A DNA stretch of 49,315 bases from a virus (IMGVR_UViG_3300022927_000033:1-49315); one strand, 5' to 3'. Shown: positions 17,331 through 27,649, numbered from the stretch's first letter. A program made the numbers and translations. The notes: a model not told the origin generated them from the letters alone.

Positions 17331-18425
17331 TTAACTCAACGCTCCATAGAGGCCTGCTAATCCAGCAACACCACCACCGATCTGTGATGCTAAACTTGGA
17401 GCCGGTGCGTATGTTACTTGAGTAGAACCTAATGCACCTGCAGTACCACGTAGTATGTTTGATTGATATTCGAGCAATTTTTTCTGATAGTCTTGCTGTT
17501 CCATGAACTCTTGATATTTAACATTATCAATTTGTTGCTGTAGAAGTTGTTTCTCAGCCCCTGATTGAGCTTGCGCTTTTAGTCTTTCTAAGTTAGAAAT
17601 TTGTTCTTGTGCGCCTATTGCAGCAGTTGATTTACCTACGTCAAGCCCTGTTTGTAACCCTGTAATACCTAAGTCACGACCAAGTTGGGCTTGATACTGT
17701 CGCCCTTTTTCACCAAATTCAGCTCCAGCTAGTTTAGCTGCAACGTCTGCTTGTTGAGCTTGTAAGCCTCGACCTTCGTCTGCTTGGAACGCCGCGAGTG
17801 CTTGTTCATAGGCACGTTGGCCACCTTTAGCTTGAATGTCTGCTAATAATTGTTGAGTGTTTCTATCAGCTTCAGATTGCATTAATGCTTGTCTAGCACC
17901 GCCAAAAGTACCTCGATCGATAGCGCCCATACTGCCTGCAGCTTTTTGTATATCAGCTTGTCTTTGGGCTTCACGTTTTTCTACATCAACAACACTCTGC
18001 ATATAAGGGTCCATATATTGTGCTGCTGTGCCGGGATCAGTAAATCGTCCTGTAGATATATCCGCTGGTGTAAATGAACCTGGAGTGTATCCAAATGCTT
18101 GTCCAAGACCTTTGGCTGTTGCCATACCAGCTTGCCCGCCTACTGCGCCTATCGTGCTTTGTGCAGTACCGAAACTGCCAGGCGTTGTCATACCAGCGAT
18201 CTCGGTTTGAACCGCTTTTTGTTCTGGGGTAAAACCTGCTAATCGTTCACCTGTATAACCTACATAAGGTTTAACGCCCGTAACTCTACCTGAAGAGTCT
18301 GTTTCATAAACCTGTTTACCAGATTGTTTTAACAGCTCTTCGTAAAACGGTTGTGCATACTCAGGTAGATTACTTGAGTATGTAGTAGATTCTTGCTTAC
18401 CTCCGCCGCCGCCACCACCGCTCAT
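17331..18425 (-). CDS. Putative DNA transfer / pilot protein
   Basis: Likely start MSGGGGGGG at 18425 (GGAG upstream); Q/A/G-rich; GTFGGARQAL motif; hydrophobic Gly-rich C-terminus. Confidence 0.65.
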   Translation of the reverse strand: MSGGGGGGGKQESTTYSSNLPEYAQPFYEELLKQSGKQVYETDSSGRVTGVKPYVGYTGERLAGFTPEQKAVQTEIAGMTTPGSFGTAQSTIGAVGGQAGMATAKGLGQAFGYTPGSFTPADISTGRFTDPGTAAQYMDPYMQSVVDVEKREAQRQADIQKAAGSMGAIDRGTFGGARQALMQSEADRNTQQLLADIQAKGGQRAYEQALAAFQADEGRGLQAQQADVAAKLAGAEFGEKGRQYQAQLGRDLGITGLQTGLDVGKSTAAIGAQEQISNLERLKAQAQSGAEKQLLQQQIDNVKYQEFMEQQDYQKKLLEYQSNILRGTAGALGSTQVTYAPAPSLASQIGGGVAGLAGLYGALS

Positions 18426-18832
18426 AATTTTTTCTCCATTACATATCGCATTGTCGTAAATCCTGCTTTTTGTTGATATAACCTTGCTTGCGCTTCTTTT
18501 GCCCAAGCAGCCGATTTTGTTGCCCCTTGCAGTTTAGCCCATGTTTCTACTTGACTAAATGTTTCATCATTAACTATGCCCCTACCGCCTAATGCAGTAA
18601 TGAACATAACCCGTTCATTAGGGTAGTTTACAAATTCTACGGCCATTGCACCTACTATTGTATCATCTTCTATGCCAACTAAAAGTGTTTGTTTACCTTG
18701 TACTAATAGCACTTTCAATTGATCTATTGTGCAATCACCAGTATTCGTTTCTATTGAGGCTTTTAAATAGCCTTCTACGTCTTTCCAAGTTTGATAGACT
18801 TTATCAGAGCCTACCGTGTGTACCTGTATCAT
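18422..18832 (-). CDS. GNAT-like acetyltransferase-fold protein
   Basis: IVGAMAVEF...FITALGG...RLYQQKAGF; typical position ahead of podovirus ejection genes. Confidence 0.55.
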   Translation of the reverse strand: MIQVHTVGSDKVYQTWKDVEGYLKASIETNTGDCTIDQLKVLLVQGKQTLLVGIEDDTIVGAMAVEFVNYPNERVMFITALGGRGIVNDETFSQVETWAKLQGATKSAAWAKEAQARLYQQKAGFTTMRYVMEKKL

Positions 18833-20886
18833 CTGGGCATATACTTTCTAGGGTCGATTTGACGCCCTTGTTGTTCAGTTCCTGTTCTAGCTTTTCTTAC
18901 TCTATCCATCATACTGTATAAGCGTTGAGCTCCTGCATCTGATGAGCCATTACCTAAATGACTAACGACATCAGCTGGAATTACGAACTCACCTTCTGAT
19001 AATCTAGCTTGTTGTTGACCATCTATATTAGCACGAACACTGTCTGACATACCATCACCAATATGACCGCCGTCTAAATAGCCTCCTTGCGCTAGTAATC
19101 GTAGACCACTATCACGTTTGAGCGCTTCAGCAATGCCTGTATCCATGCTTAAATCAAGTTGACTTGTAGGGTCATATCGATCTTTTTCTCTAGCATCATC
19201 AAGATAATCTGTACTCGGCATCAAATCACTTTCTTCAATACCACCCATCAACGCACCGGCAACAGGAGAGCCTAATTTCATACCGACTTGAAGAGGACTT
19301 GCGGGAGTAATTTTTCCTGTCGGGGCCATAAATTTTCCGTCTATCATCTGATAGTCTTTAGGGAGGTTACTCAAATCTGTAAGCGTTCTCATTTCCTGCG
19401 TTCCTAGATTTGTGGCTATCTTATCGTACGTACTTGCGCCAGGATTCATATTTGAAAAAGCTGGGCCTTGAGTCATTTGAGGCGCACTTTTTAATGCTGG
19501 GCTATAAGTGCCTGCTGGAGCGGAAAGGGGGGCTGTTGCTTGAGCTGTTTCCGTAGCGGGTGAAGAAAAAGGATTAAACCCTCCACCAGAACCCATCAAA
19601 GCTTGATTAAGCCCTGCACCAGAAACACCTCCCATACCACCTGAAACTGTTCCCATAATAGGGTCTTGGCCAGTGGCTGCAGCCAGAGCACCTCCAGATA
19701 ATGCACCAGCCAACAAAGCGTTGCCAGTAGCGCTAGTTACACCCATACCTCCAAATAAAGGAGTACTCGCTCCTCCAGTAAAGTATCCTGCAGCTATAGG
19801 AACCGCAGCTCTAAAAACACCACCTAAGTTAAATGCTTCAGGCATACCTGTGTAAGGGTTTTTTGTTAAAGAAGTTCCACTTTGTTCGGCAAGTCTTTGT
19901 AATCCTGCAACTTCTTGGGGTTGCATGTGAACAAGCATTGAGTCACCACCCCGACCAAGCGATGCTAATCCTTGCGCATCATCGACCATACCGCCTTCTG
20001 CAAAGCCCATCATACGTTGAGCCTGCATACCCATAGGAGCCGCCGTGCTATATGCACTTCTTGCATCAGGTTTTTCAGCAAGGCGCCTAGCATAGTCGTA
20101 GTCTTCCATTCGGTCTTGTTCATTACCTAGCATCATGCTTCGCCTTGCCATTTCTTGTAAACGGTCATAAGGAAGTCTATCCGTTGACACATCAATCATT
20201 GGAGTTGTCGTTTTGTTCACATCGCCACCTTTTTTAAAACCTAAATAGTTTCTAAATTGTTGTATTGCCCCTAAACCTTTGTCATATGCATTTTCTAAAA
20301 AAGAAGGTTCCTGTATAGGTTTCCCATACAACTTTGCGCCCTCCCTTCTTACTGCGTCTGCAACAGCTTCCATTCGTGGAGCTACGCCTGAATTAGATTC
20401 TTTCGCTTTTACATAGTCTTGATTTCTTAAAAATTCATCTGCGGCTTTATTATAATCTTCTGCCGTTTTTGCTTCCGCTAATATTTTTCTAAAATTAGGG
20501 CTCTGACCTAGATCACCTCGATATTCTGCCTGCACTAATTCTTGTCGAAGAGATGGAGAATATTTATCAAACATACCCATGCCTTCTCTAGCTTTTAGTC
20601 TATTTAAATGATCTTGATAAGCTTTGTCAAACCCACTTAATGAGGTTTCTCCTTCAGCATAAGCACCTGTTTGTCCTATACCTCTAGTTAAAACGCCTTT
20701 TGAGTCTTTGTAGTAACCGTCTACAAAACCTTCTAATTCTACAATTCTTTTTTCTTCGGGTGTTAAACGCCTATTTAAACGTTTTTCAACTTCTGAAACA
20801 GCTTTTCCCCCTGCATAATATGCATTTGATTTTTTAAGTTCTTCCAACGATGTATAAGGATTTTCTTTTGTACCTTTTTCAGCCAT
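18829..20886 (-). CDS. Internal virion protein with N-terminal T4-type (GH24) lysozyme domain
   Basis: EGFVDGYYKDSKGVLT gives E-x8-D-x5-T, the spacing of T4 lysozyme E11/D20/T26. Later GRGGDSMLVH...NPYTGMPEAF and GDGMSDS...LSEGEFVIPADVV segments. Confidence 0.75.
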   Translation of the reverse strand: MAEKGTKENPYTSLEELKKSNAYYAGGKAVSEVEKRLNRRLTPEEKRIVELEGFVDGYYKDSKGVLTRGIGQTGAYAEGETSLSGFDKAYQDHLNRLKAREGMGMFDKYSPSLRQELVQAEYRGDLGQSPNFRKILAEAKTAEDYNKAADEFLRNQDYVKAKESNSGVAPRMEAVADAVRREGAKLYGKPIQEPSFLENAYDKGLGAIQQFRNYLGFKKGGDVNKTTTPMIDVSTDRLPYDRLQEMARRSMMLGNEQDRMEDYDYARRLAEKPDARSAYSTAAPMGMQAQRMMGFAEGGMVDDAQGLASLGRGGDSMLVHMQPQEVAGLQRLAEQSGTSLTKNPYTGMPEAFNLGGVFRAAVPIAAGYFTGGASTPLFGGMGVTSATGNALLAGALSGGALAAATGQDPIMGTVSGGMGGVSGAGLNQALMGSGGGFNPFSSPATETAQATAPLSAPAGTYSPALKSAPQMTQGPAFSNMNPGASTYDKIATNLGTQEMRTLTDLSNLPKDYQMIDGKFMAPTGKITPASPLQVGMKLGSPVAGALMGGIEESDLMPSTDYLDDAREKDRYDPTSQLDLSMDTGIAEALKRDSGLRLLAQGGYLDGGHIGDGMSDSVRANIDGQQQARLSEGEFVIPADVVSHLGNGSSDAGAQRLYSMMDRVRKARTGTEQQGRQIDPRKYMPR

Positions 20887-20990
20887 TTTGTTTCACCCTT
20901 GGAGCGTTATATAGGTTAATAGGAGGTAGCTCCAAATTATGCCAGTCTAGATTGTCTAATAATATCATGTAATTGCCTCTTTATAAACCT

Positions 20991-21662
20991 TTATTCACGT
21001 CCAATATACTGTATTACCCCATAAGATGAAGGTATCTCAGGGTGTGCATAAGGACTTGTTTGTGCCGCTTCGTACTCTAAATAAACTCCGTCTACTGGCC
21101 CAGTGGTGTTATATGCTTGTTCTGTTGCCCAATACAATGCTACTGATTGTCCTGCAAGGGCTTCCCATGTTACAAACCCTGTTAAAGCAGCGTATGAAGG
21201 TACAACATTACTTTTAGCTGAAGCTATTGTAAATTTAGTTGCACTGTCTGCTAAGTCTGTACCATCAATCTGCATCCAAACAACTGCATCGTGAGCTGAA
21301 GTATTATCTGTATTTATACTTTGTAAGCGATACTCAATCTTATAAGTGCCATCATAGTTTGCCGTAGCAGTATTATCTGCATTTAATGTAAACCCTGCGA
21401 CATCTGGTGCATTGTTCCATAATATTTTAGTTGGCGTGTTATCACCTGTAGCATATTGAGCAGCGTCGTAATAAGCTGCAATATGGGGAAAGTCAATGTT
21501 AGCCCCACCCTGTCCAATTAATATCTGCTCAAAGCTTGAGTCAACTTGGTTAAAATATAGTCGTAACTGATTACGAAACTGCGCCTCATTATTTATTTTA
21601 TAGTCATTTTCAGATATAACTAAGTTAGGGGCTTTAGTAGTCTTAAACGGGGCATGAGACAT
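20991..21662 (-). CDS. Putative tail-associated structural protein
   Basis: N-terminal NQLRLYFNQVD helix followed by a beta-rich domain; follows the tail tubular gene. Confidence 0.55.
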   Translation of the reverse strand: MSHAPFKTTKAPNLVISENDYKINNEAQFRNQLRLYFNQVDSSFEQILIGQGGANIDFPHIAAYYDAAQYATGDNTPTKILWNNAPDVAGFTLNADNTATANYDGTYKIEYRLQSINTDNTSAHDAVVWMQIDGTDLADSATKFTIASAKSNVVPSYAALTGFVTWEALAGQSVALYWATEQAYNTTGPVDGVYLEYEAAQTSPYAHPEIPSSYGVIQYIGRE

Positions 21663-23593
21663 TAGCGTTTACCGTCCTCACGACCATCAACCCTTGGATA
21701 ACCTAACTGCCATTGAGTACCAATACCATCTGACTGAACTTTAAAGTTCATTTGGCGTCCACGCGCTCTTAAGAATACTTGGTTTGTATATTGGTCAATA
21801 GTTGCTGAAGTAACTACAGGTTTAGTATTCGAGTTACCACTAACATCAGATGTTGCAGGGATAGCACCTGGGAAGTTACGTACCCCTACAGTAATATCAA
21901 CTTCTGGAGTTAGTGCAGCACCCGTTACAGAATTAACGGTGTCCGAATCAGTAAAGTTAACATCTGGAATCACTCTATTAATTAATATAAATTTATCACC
22001 ATCACCAATGTCCATATCAGCAGACTCAATATAAGAAGTAATTGGTTGAGGTGCAGCCCCTAGTGGTTGTCCATCGTCGTTACCTTTTTCATGTGCATAA
22101 ACCCAACCGTCGTTAGTGGCAATAGGAAAGTCAGTCACCCCTGCATCTAACCATGCTGTTCTGTCTAATGTACCATAATACCAAATCTGTTCTTGGTGAT
22201 TATAGATAACATAACGATCAATATCTTGTGAACCTTCAGATACATAGAACCACACTACCTCATTAAACTCATTGTTAGACCCTGCAAAAAATAGGTCTGA
22301 TTGCTCACGGTTAATATCATCAAAGATATACTGTTTTAATGTACAAGGTAGAGTATCAACACGACCAGAGTATGCATAGAATTTATCTGTCCCCATCCAA
22401 TAGACAACGTTGTTTGCTTCTGCTACAACGTTCGGACCCATAATATTAACGTTAGAAGAGAGTTCTTGTAAGCCAAATACTTCTGCCGTACCTAGAAACT
22501 GTAGGGAACTTAGTGAAAAGTCAGTCCATATCAATGTCTCTTGTCGTGTAGACTTGGCTGTAATAATACGAGAACCTGATTTTAGTCGTAAGAACCCTGC
22601 ACTATTTATTGCAGTAGGTTGCCATTTTTCTGGTTCAGGTCCGACTGTCGCATCTACATTCGACCATCTAATAAGCAAAGGATCATAAGAACCTAAATAG
22701 TCTGGAGATGCTGCACCTGCATCATAGTTAGTACATGCTAAAGCTAATAAATGTCCACTTGGTGTAAACATAATTTTACCCACTTGCTGTGGCACAGCGA
22801 CTGCACCTGCTATAGAACTGAGTAAAACTGCGCGGTTAGTAAAGCCTGTGTTATAAACCCAATAATAGATATCAGCGTCTCTAATATTAAAGATTAAGTC
22901 ATTATTAAATTTATCTTGGAACTGAAGTCGAGGTATAAAGTAGAAAGGTACAGTAGAACCAGAACCCCAAGTACCTCGTGACCAAGTATCTGTACCCCAG
23001 CCATAACCTGCTGTAGCAGTAGCAAGACCTACACTAATTTGAAATGCTGCTGTTATCCCTGTACCACCACCAGATGCCACTGTTGAAGTCGCTGCCGTTG
23101 ATACTGTAAAAGTAAAAGTGTTTGAATCAACAACTGTAATCTCATGTTCAGTATTTAATTCAGCAGCTGGTACTCCACCTACATCTGTAGAACCACTAAA
23201 AGTAACATAGTCTCCTGTTAATGCACCATGTCCTGAAATAGTTACTGTAACCGTTGTCGACGTATCTGTTGTCGCAAAACAGTTGTCTGTATTAGGGGTA
23301 GAAATAGTTGTTCTAATAGGAGTAATGTCATACAGTGTTGTACCCGCATTGACATACATTTTCTCATTAGTGCCGATAGTAATAAGAATAGACCCGTCGA
23401 GAGTCACATAACTAAATAAACTACGTGCTTGGCCGGAGTATTGGTCAAAAGTCTCTACTTCCCATCCACCAATCTTTTCAGGGAAGCCTTGTCTAAACCT
23501 AATTTTGTCGGACGCCCACCATCCACCCTCTTGTGAATAGTTGGTTCTATCTCGGTTAACTCCTGGTTTAAATCCTAATTTAATTAATGCCAT
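21662..23593 (-). CDS. Tail tubular / packaged-DNA stabilization protein (P22 gp10 or T7 gp12-like)
   Basis: 643 aa, beta-propeller-like (IRWSN, VYWMG, EVVWFY, WYYGTLDRTAW), C-terminal RARGRQ...DGKR. Confidence 0.7.
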   Translation of the reverse strand: MALIKLGFKPGVNRDRTNYSQEGGWWASDKIRFRQGFPEKIGGWEVETFDQYSGQARSLFSYVTLDGSILITIGTNEKMYVNAGTTLYDITPIRTTISTPNTDNCFATTDTSTTVTVTISGHGALTGDYVTFSGSTDVGGVPAAELNTEHEITVVDSNTFTFTVSTAATSTVASGGGTGITAAFQISVGLATATAGYGWGTDTWSRGTWGSGSTVPFYFIPRLQFQDKFNNDLIFNIRDADIYYWVYNTGFTNRAVLLSSIAGAVAVPQQVGKIMFTPSGHLLALACTNYDAGAASPDYLGSYDPLLIRWSNVDATVGPEPEKWQPTAINSAGFLRLKSGSRIITAKSTRQETLIWTDFSLSSLQFLGTAEVFGLQELSSNVNIMGPNVVAEANNVVYWMGTDKFYAYSGRVDTLPCTLKQYIFDDINREQSDLFFAGSNNEFNEVVWFYVSEGSQDIDRYVIYNHQEQIWYYGTLDRTAWLDAGVTDFPIATNDGWVYAHEKGNDDGQPLGAAPQPITSYIESADMDIGDGDKFILINRVIPDVNFTDSDTVNSVTGAALTPEVDITVGVRNFPGAIPATSDVSGNSNTKPVVTSATIDQYTNQVFLRARGRQMNFKVQSDGIGTQWQLGYPRVDGREDGKR

Positions 23594-24024
23594 TATCGAC
23601 CCTTGGCTAATTGGCCACCAAAATAAAATTCAACAATCATTGTGCACCACTGAAAGATTTCATCAAATTTAAAAAGCCCTTTAACTGTTTGAAATTGTGT
23701 ATTGCCGCCCCATTCAAATAAACCAAAGAAAAATGAAGATGGCTCTTCTTTGACCTCAATCACAGTGTCTATTCCAATCAATCCAGCAAGAGGATAAACA
23801 GCAACTAACGCTAAGATAATGAACATAAGAATTCGTCTGTTCCAAGCTGCCATTGGAGACTCATCTTTTGAAAATTCTCGAGCTTTGTCTATTTGTTCGG
23901 ACTTAGCCGCTAGTGCTTGAAGCATCAACTGTTGTTGATCGTGTGCTTGTTGAGACTTGATTGCTAAAAGTTTAGCAAAAAATCCTAAACCGATTGGGAT
24001 AATATGCTGTAAAAGTGTTAACAT
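23593..24024 (-). CDS. Membrane protein, putative holin
   Basis: Hydrophobic segments IIPIGLGFFAKLLAI and ILMFIILALVAVYPLAGLIGI; C-terminal IVEFYFGG. Confidence 0.5.
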   Translation of the reverse strand: MLTLLQHIIPIGLGFFAKLLAIKSQQAHDQQQLMLQALAAKSEQIDKAREFSKDESPMAAWNRRILMFIILALVAVYPLAGLIGIDTVIEVKEEPSSFFFGLFEWGGNTQFQTVKGLFKFDEIFQWCTMIVEFYFGGQLAKGR

Positions 24025-24041
24025 AATTTGTCCTTATTTAA

Positions 24042-25061
24042 TTAGCTAGGGTTTTCCAGTGCTTGTATTCTTGTTTCTAAATCTTCTATCTTGGTAATAG
24101 CTTCTTGTAGTGCTGCTGTTAATAATGGTACAAGTTTAGATTGGTCTATGCCTTGATAGTCAGGCACTTCTTTTGTTCTCATAACGGCTCTAGTTACTAC
24201 ATTACCATCATCATCTAATACTTCTGGAGTAACTTCATACTCCTCTGTACGCATAGCATCTTTAGTTCCTGTTACTGCTTCAGGAATAACTGTTTGTGCT
24301 TCGTGTGCTATAAAACCTTCACCATGAGAACCATCTTGTCTCCATGTCCAAGTACTAGGTTTAAGTTTTTTTAATCTGTCTATGCTACCAGACATTAGTG
24401 CAACATTTTCTTTTAATCGGTAATCAGATGAGGTGTTGTAAGCCACATTTGTTCCGCCAACACGAGTAATTGAACCAACCTGAGAACCATTCCAAAACTG
24501 GATGTAATCAGCACCATTGCCGACACTATTCATAGTTGCACAAAAGTTAGAATTATTCGCTGCAACAAATTTACCTGAACCAACTGCAGAAGATGTATTA
24601 ACTAATACATTACCACCAACAGGATTCAAACCAATAGATTTTAAGCTGTTGTCAGAGTTTTGAGCTTGTAACCAAACAACATTTCCACTTTCAATGCCTT
24701 GATATAATTTTGTTCCAGTAGCAGCCGAAGATAAACTAAACAAAGCATTAGATTTTGTTGTCGTTTCTGTTGCAGTTGCAGCACCTATTCCACCCTGAAC
24801 ATTCAATTCTGTGTGTGGACTACTCGTACCAATACCTACATTATTATTAGTAGCATCTACATAGAGTGTGCCTGAATCAAAGTTAACATCGCCTGATACC
24901 CCTCCATCAAAAGTAATAGCTCCAGTAGACGAAACCGTACCCGACACGCTTAGATTATTTGTGACTGTGACGTTGTTGCTTGAGTCGACCGTTAAGACAT
25001 CGCTACCATTTTGTTGGATTTTAGATGTGGTACTGGTTGGGCTTTTAATGCTGATTGTCAT
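24042..25061 (-). CDS. Tail fibre/spike with C-terminal intramolecular chaperone (peptidase S74)
   Basis: NVGIGTSSP fibre motif; YNTSSDYRLKENV autocleavage motif; GFIAHEAQ..IPEAV; C-terminal coiled coil. Confidence 0.85.
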   Translation of the reverse strand: MTISIKSPTSTTSKIQQNGSDVLTVDSSNNVTVTNNLSVSGTVSSTGAITFDGGVSGDVNFDSGTLYVDATNNNVGIGTSSPHTELNVQGGIGAATATETTTKSNALFSLSSAATGTKLYQGIESGNVVWLQAQNSDNSLKSIGLNPVGGNVLVNTSSAVGSGKFVAANNSNFCATMNSVGNGADYIQFWNGSQVGSITRVGGTNVAYNTSSDYRLKENVALMSGSIDRLKKLKPSTWTWRQDGSHGEGFIAHEAQTVIPEAVTGTKDAMRTEEYEVTPEVLDDDGNVVTRAVMRTKEVPDYQGIDQSKLVPLLTAALQEAITKIEDLETRIQALENPS

Positions 25062-25237
25062 TACTGAACTCCGTCTAATCGTTCCTGTGTAGGTTTAGCT
25101 AATGTTGGGTGATTCCAAGATTTTATGTAGTCACCTCTGCCATCGCTGTCATTCTGAAGCACGATTGTACCTTCAGGGGTAAAGTCTTCATTAGTTAAAT
25201 TTGGGTAAAGCGTTGTTATTTTTTCGTAAAGTGTCAT
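25061..25237 (-). CDS. XkdW-like small tail-fibre-associated protein, 58 aa (not in ORF track)
   Basis: MTLYEKITTLYPNLTNEDFTPEGTIVLQNDSDGRGDYIKSWNHPTLAKPTQERLDGVQ; AAGGA RBS; TAATG coupling. Confidence 0.75.
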   Translation of the reverse strand: MTLYEKITTLYPNLTNEDFTPEGTIVLQNDSDGRGDYIKSWNHPTLAKPTQERLDGVQ

Positions 25238-25246
25238 GTTTTATCC

Positions 25247-26005
25247 TTAAGCTTGTTGTATTAAATGTGCTTGTATTAGTGTTCTAACCTTAGTCCCACC
25301 TAAAACTGTTGGAGTGCTTGCACTTTGCTGATAGGCATATAATTCTATATAATCTGTAGTTCCATTTAAATATACAATACATGAACCACTTAATCTCCAA
25401 TCATTAAGTTGAGCAGATGAGAATCTATTTCCAGCAAGAAATAAATAAGTACTACCATTTCTATATATAGCAATATATTGATATGCACTTGGAGGAGAAT
25501 CAAAATTTACAATAGCTTTCACATCATAATACCCAGCAACTGATGGAGTATATCTATAATTTGTTGCATCTAAATCACCAGTAGTATCAAATGTTGATGA
25601 ATTAATTTGGATTTTTGTCCATGTTGCTTGGGACATTGATTGACTTCCACTCATCCATGCCCAAAGTATTGGAATACTATTTGCTGCTGGTTTATATCCA
25701 TTAGCATTGAACTGACCTACCTCTGTAGGGCTATCTGCATTACCGACACCAATCCTTAGTGTTCCATCAGGTGTTGCTGGCTGATAGATGGTAAAGTTAT
25801 TAGAGGAAGTAGCATCTGTTCCTATTTGAATATTATTTGCAGCATACCCGTTCGCGTCAAATCTGCCTACCTCTGTTGGGCTATCTGCATTGCCATTACC
25901 GATCCTTACTGTGCCATCGGGGGTGCCTGGGGTGTAAATGGTAAAGTTGTTGGACGCCGTTGAATCGGTACCAACTTGGACTTTCTTTGTTTTTATTGTA
26001 CTCAT
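25247..26005 (-). CDS. Tail fibre protein with duplicated N-terminal module and C1q-like head
   Basis: Two copies of Q(V/I)GTD..SNNFTIY.P.TPDGT.RIG.GNADSPTEVG.F.ANGY; RYTPSVAGYY and YLNGTTDYIELY. Confidence 0.7.
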   Translation of the reverse strand: MSTIKTKKVQVGTDSTASNNFTIYTPGTPDGTVRIGNGNADSPTEVGRFDANGYAANNIQIGTDATSSNNFTIYQPATPDGTLRIGVGNADSPTEVGQFNANGYKPAANSIPILWAWMSGSQSMSQATWTKIQINSSTFDTTGDLDATNYRYTPSVAGYYDVKAIVNFDSPPSAYQYIAIYRNGSTYLFLAGNRFSSAQLNDWRLSGSCIVYLNGTTDYIELYAYQQSASTPTVLGGTKVRTLIQAHLIQQA

Positions 26006-26154
26006 TCGGCTTCCTCTGCTACATTCATTGGACTTGCTTTAGTCCATTTAAAATATTCTTGATAGTCTGTGTTTGCATTATCAGCAGGAATTATTGCTCC
26101 ATCTGACCTAACAACACCTAAGTTATCTTGCATTAATTTATATGTGTATTCCAT
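26002..26154 (-). CDS. Small tail-fibre chaperone-like protein, 50 aa (not in ORF track)
   Basis: MEYTYKLMQDNLGVVRSDGAIIPADNANTDYQEYFKWTKASPMNVAEEAE; paralog of 27474-27647 and 30544-30714. Confidence 0.75.
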   Translation of the reverse strand: MEYTYKLMQDNLGVVRSDGAIIPADNANTDYQEYFKWTKASPMNVAEEAE

Positions 26155-27294
26155 CTATAACTCCGCACTAAAAACAAAAGTTGACCTAAATCCTACACCT
26201 GATGTAGCTGCCCAACTTGCTGGACTAGTAGCAAATAAACTTACAAAAGATTTATCTGTTAAAGCAGTAGCAGCAACAGTTAAATCAAATGTCCCACCTG
26301 TATCAATTCTATAAACTCTGTTAGCTGTTCCAGAATAACTAAATGTCAATGTTGGTGTAGCTCTCATAGCAGTATTGAAAGGAAATCCTATAATTCCTGT
26401 AGGTGAATAAGCATTAACTCCTGCATCTATAACTTGATAATACCTCTGAGACCTATTTAACTGTACATCATAAGGTAAGTTCTCGAAGTCACTAGCACCT
26501 TCACCGACTTCTAATTGCACGGCTGTGATGTTCATATAGTTAGAAGTAGCATCGGCTAAATTAGATACTCCAACAGCTCTATTTGCAGCTACAGCTGCTC
26601 CCCATGATGTTTGTAATGTTCCTGATGTGTAAGTAGAGCCAGCACCCAACCAGAAATATAAGTATAAAGCACCACTATTATTATTAGCTAATGTTCCAGT
26701 AGTATCACCTGCATAAGTAATGGTTTTCTTTTCCCAAGTATCGGACGAGTTTACTGTAAAAGATTTATTAATATGTCTTGCATTAGTTCCATCAAACAAT
26801 TCAGCAATGTATGTACCTGTTTTGTTTGATTTTACCCAAAACGATAGAGTAACTGATTCAGCATTAGCTGTACCTTTTTTAAGTTGTTGTAAATTTTGAC
26901 CTTCAATACCTTGTGATAATAATAAAAAATCACCTGCAGCTGGACTTGCATCTGCTGTGGTACATAACATTTTTACGCTACTTGCAAAACCTTGTCCACT
27001 AGGCACATCTGTATCTTGACTCATTGTCCAAGTGCCCATAGTGTTAGGTGACCAAGCAAATCTATCAACACTATAATAACCACCAGAAGTAATAGAAGCA
27101 GTTGATGTACCTCTTTGTGCTATCTGCATATCTCCGTTGATAATGAGGTTACGATAAGGCCCACTAAAAACGTTAACACCGCCGACAGTCAGACTACCTG
27201 ATACTGTAGCGTCACCTGAGAATGCTGGGTTAGTAATGACTGCACCCGCTTCTACCTTGTCTACCCCGGTGGTTCCTTTTACTTTTGTAGGCAT
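26155..27294 (-). CDS. Tail fibre / receptor-binding protein, carbohydrate-binding-like domain (paralog 1)
   Basis: RNLIINGDMQIAQRGT...TLSFWVKSNKTGTY...VQLEVG...QRYY shared with two other ORFs. Confidence 0.75.
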   Translation of the reverse strand: MPTKVKGTTGVDKVEAGAVITNPAFSGDATVSGSLTVGGVNVFSGPYRNLIINGDMQIAQRGTSTASITSGGYYSVDRFAWSPNTMGTWTMSQDTDVPSGQGFASSVKMLCTTADASPAAGDFLLLSQGIEGQNLQQLKKGTANAESVTLSFWVKSNKTGTYIAELFDGTNARHINKSFTVNSSDTWEKKTITYAGDTTGTLANNNSGALYLYFWLGAGSTYTSGTLQTSWGAAVAANRAVGVSNLADATSNYMNITAVQLEVGEGASDFENLPYDVQLNRSQRYYQVIDAGVNAYSPTGIIGFPFNTAMRATPTLTFSYSGTANRVYRIDTGGTFDLTVAATALTDKSFVSLFATSPASWAATSGVGFRSTFVFSAEL

Positions 27295-27295
27295 A

Positions 27296-27463
27296 TTATA
27301 CGACCGTCCATGTTGAGCCGTCTCCGACTGTTACTGTTATTCCATCATCTATAGTGATTGGCCCTGCAGTGATCGCGTTTCTGTTGTCCGATAAAGTATA
27401 GTCAGTATCTATGGTAATACTGTTTTCTACAAAGCCAATTCCGTTAATAGTTACACTGCCCAT
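27296..27463 (-). CDS. Stand-alone small adaptor-like domain, 55 aa (not in ORF track)
   Basis: MGSVTINGIGFVENSITIDTDYTLSDNRNAITAGPITIDDGITVTVGDGSTWTVV; AAGGAG RBS; matches the C-termini of 30275-30544 and 34446-34961. Confidence 0.75.
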   Translation of the reverse strand: MGSVTINGIGFVENSITIDTDYTLSDNRNAITAGPITIDDGITVTVGDGSTWTVV

Positions 27464-27473
27464 ATTATACTCC

Positions 27474-27647
27474 TTATTCGTCCGCCGGTTCTGGTTCGTT
27501 ACCTTCTGCTACCCATTCTAGGTATTCTTGGTAGTCTGTGTTAGCTTTGTCAAATGGTATAAGCGTATATGTATCATCGCTAATTATTTTTTTAACTTGA
27601 TTTACTGTTTGTAATGCTTCATTTCTTACTAATTTATATATAGCCAT
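27474..27647 (-). CDS. Small tail-fibre chaperone-like protein, 57 aa (not in ORF track)
   Basis: MAIYKLVRNE...IPFDKANTDYQEYLEWVAEGNEPEPADE; GGAG upstream. Confidence 0.75.
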   Translation of the reverse strand: MAIYKLVRNEALQTVNQVKKIISDDTYTLIPFDKANTDYQEYLEWVAEGNEPEPADE

Positions 27648-27649
27648 AA

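Noticed and set aside
26152-26157. TAG immediately followed by an in-frame ATG, suggesting read-through or amber recoding
   Set aside because: The paralogous fibres end at the same SEL/AEL position with TAA and out-of-frame partners, and long genes are not interrupted by TAG, so the standard code fits.
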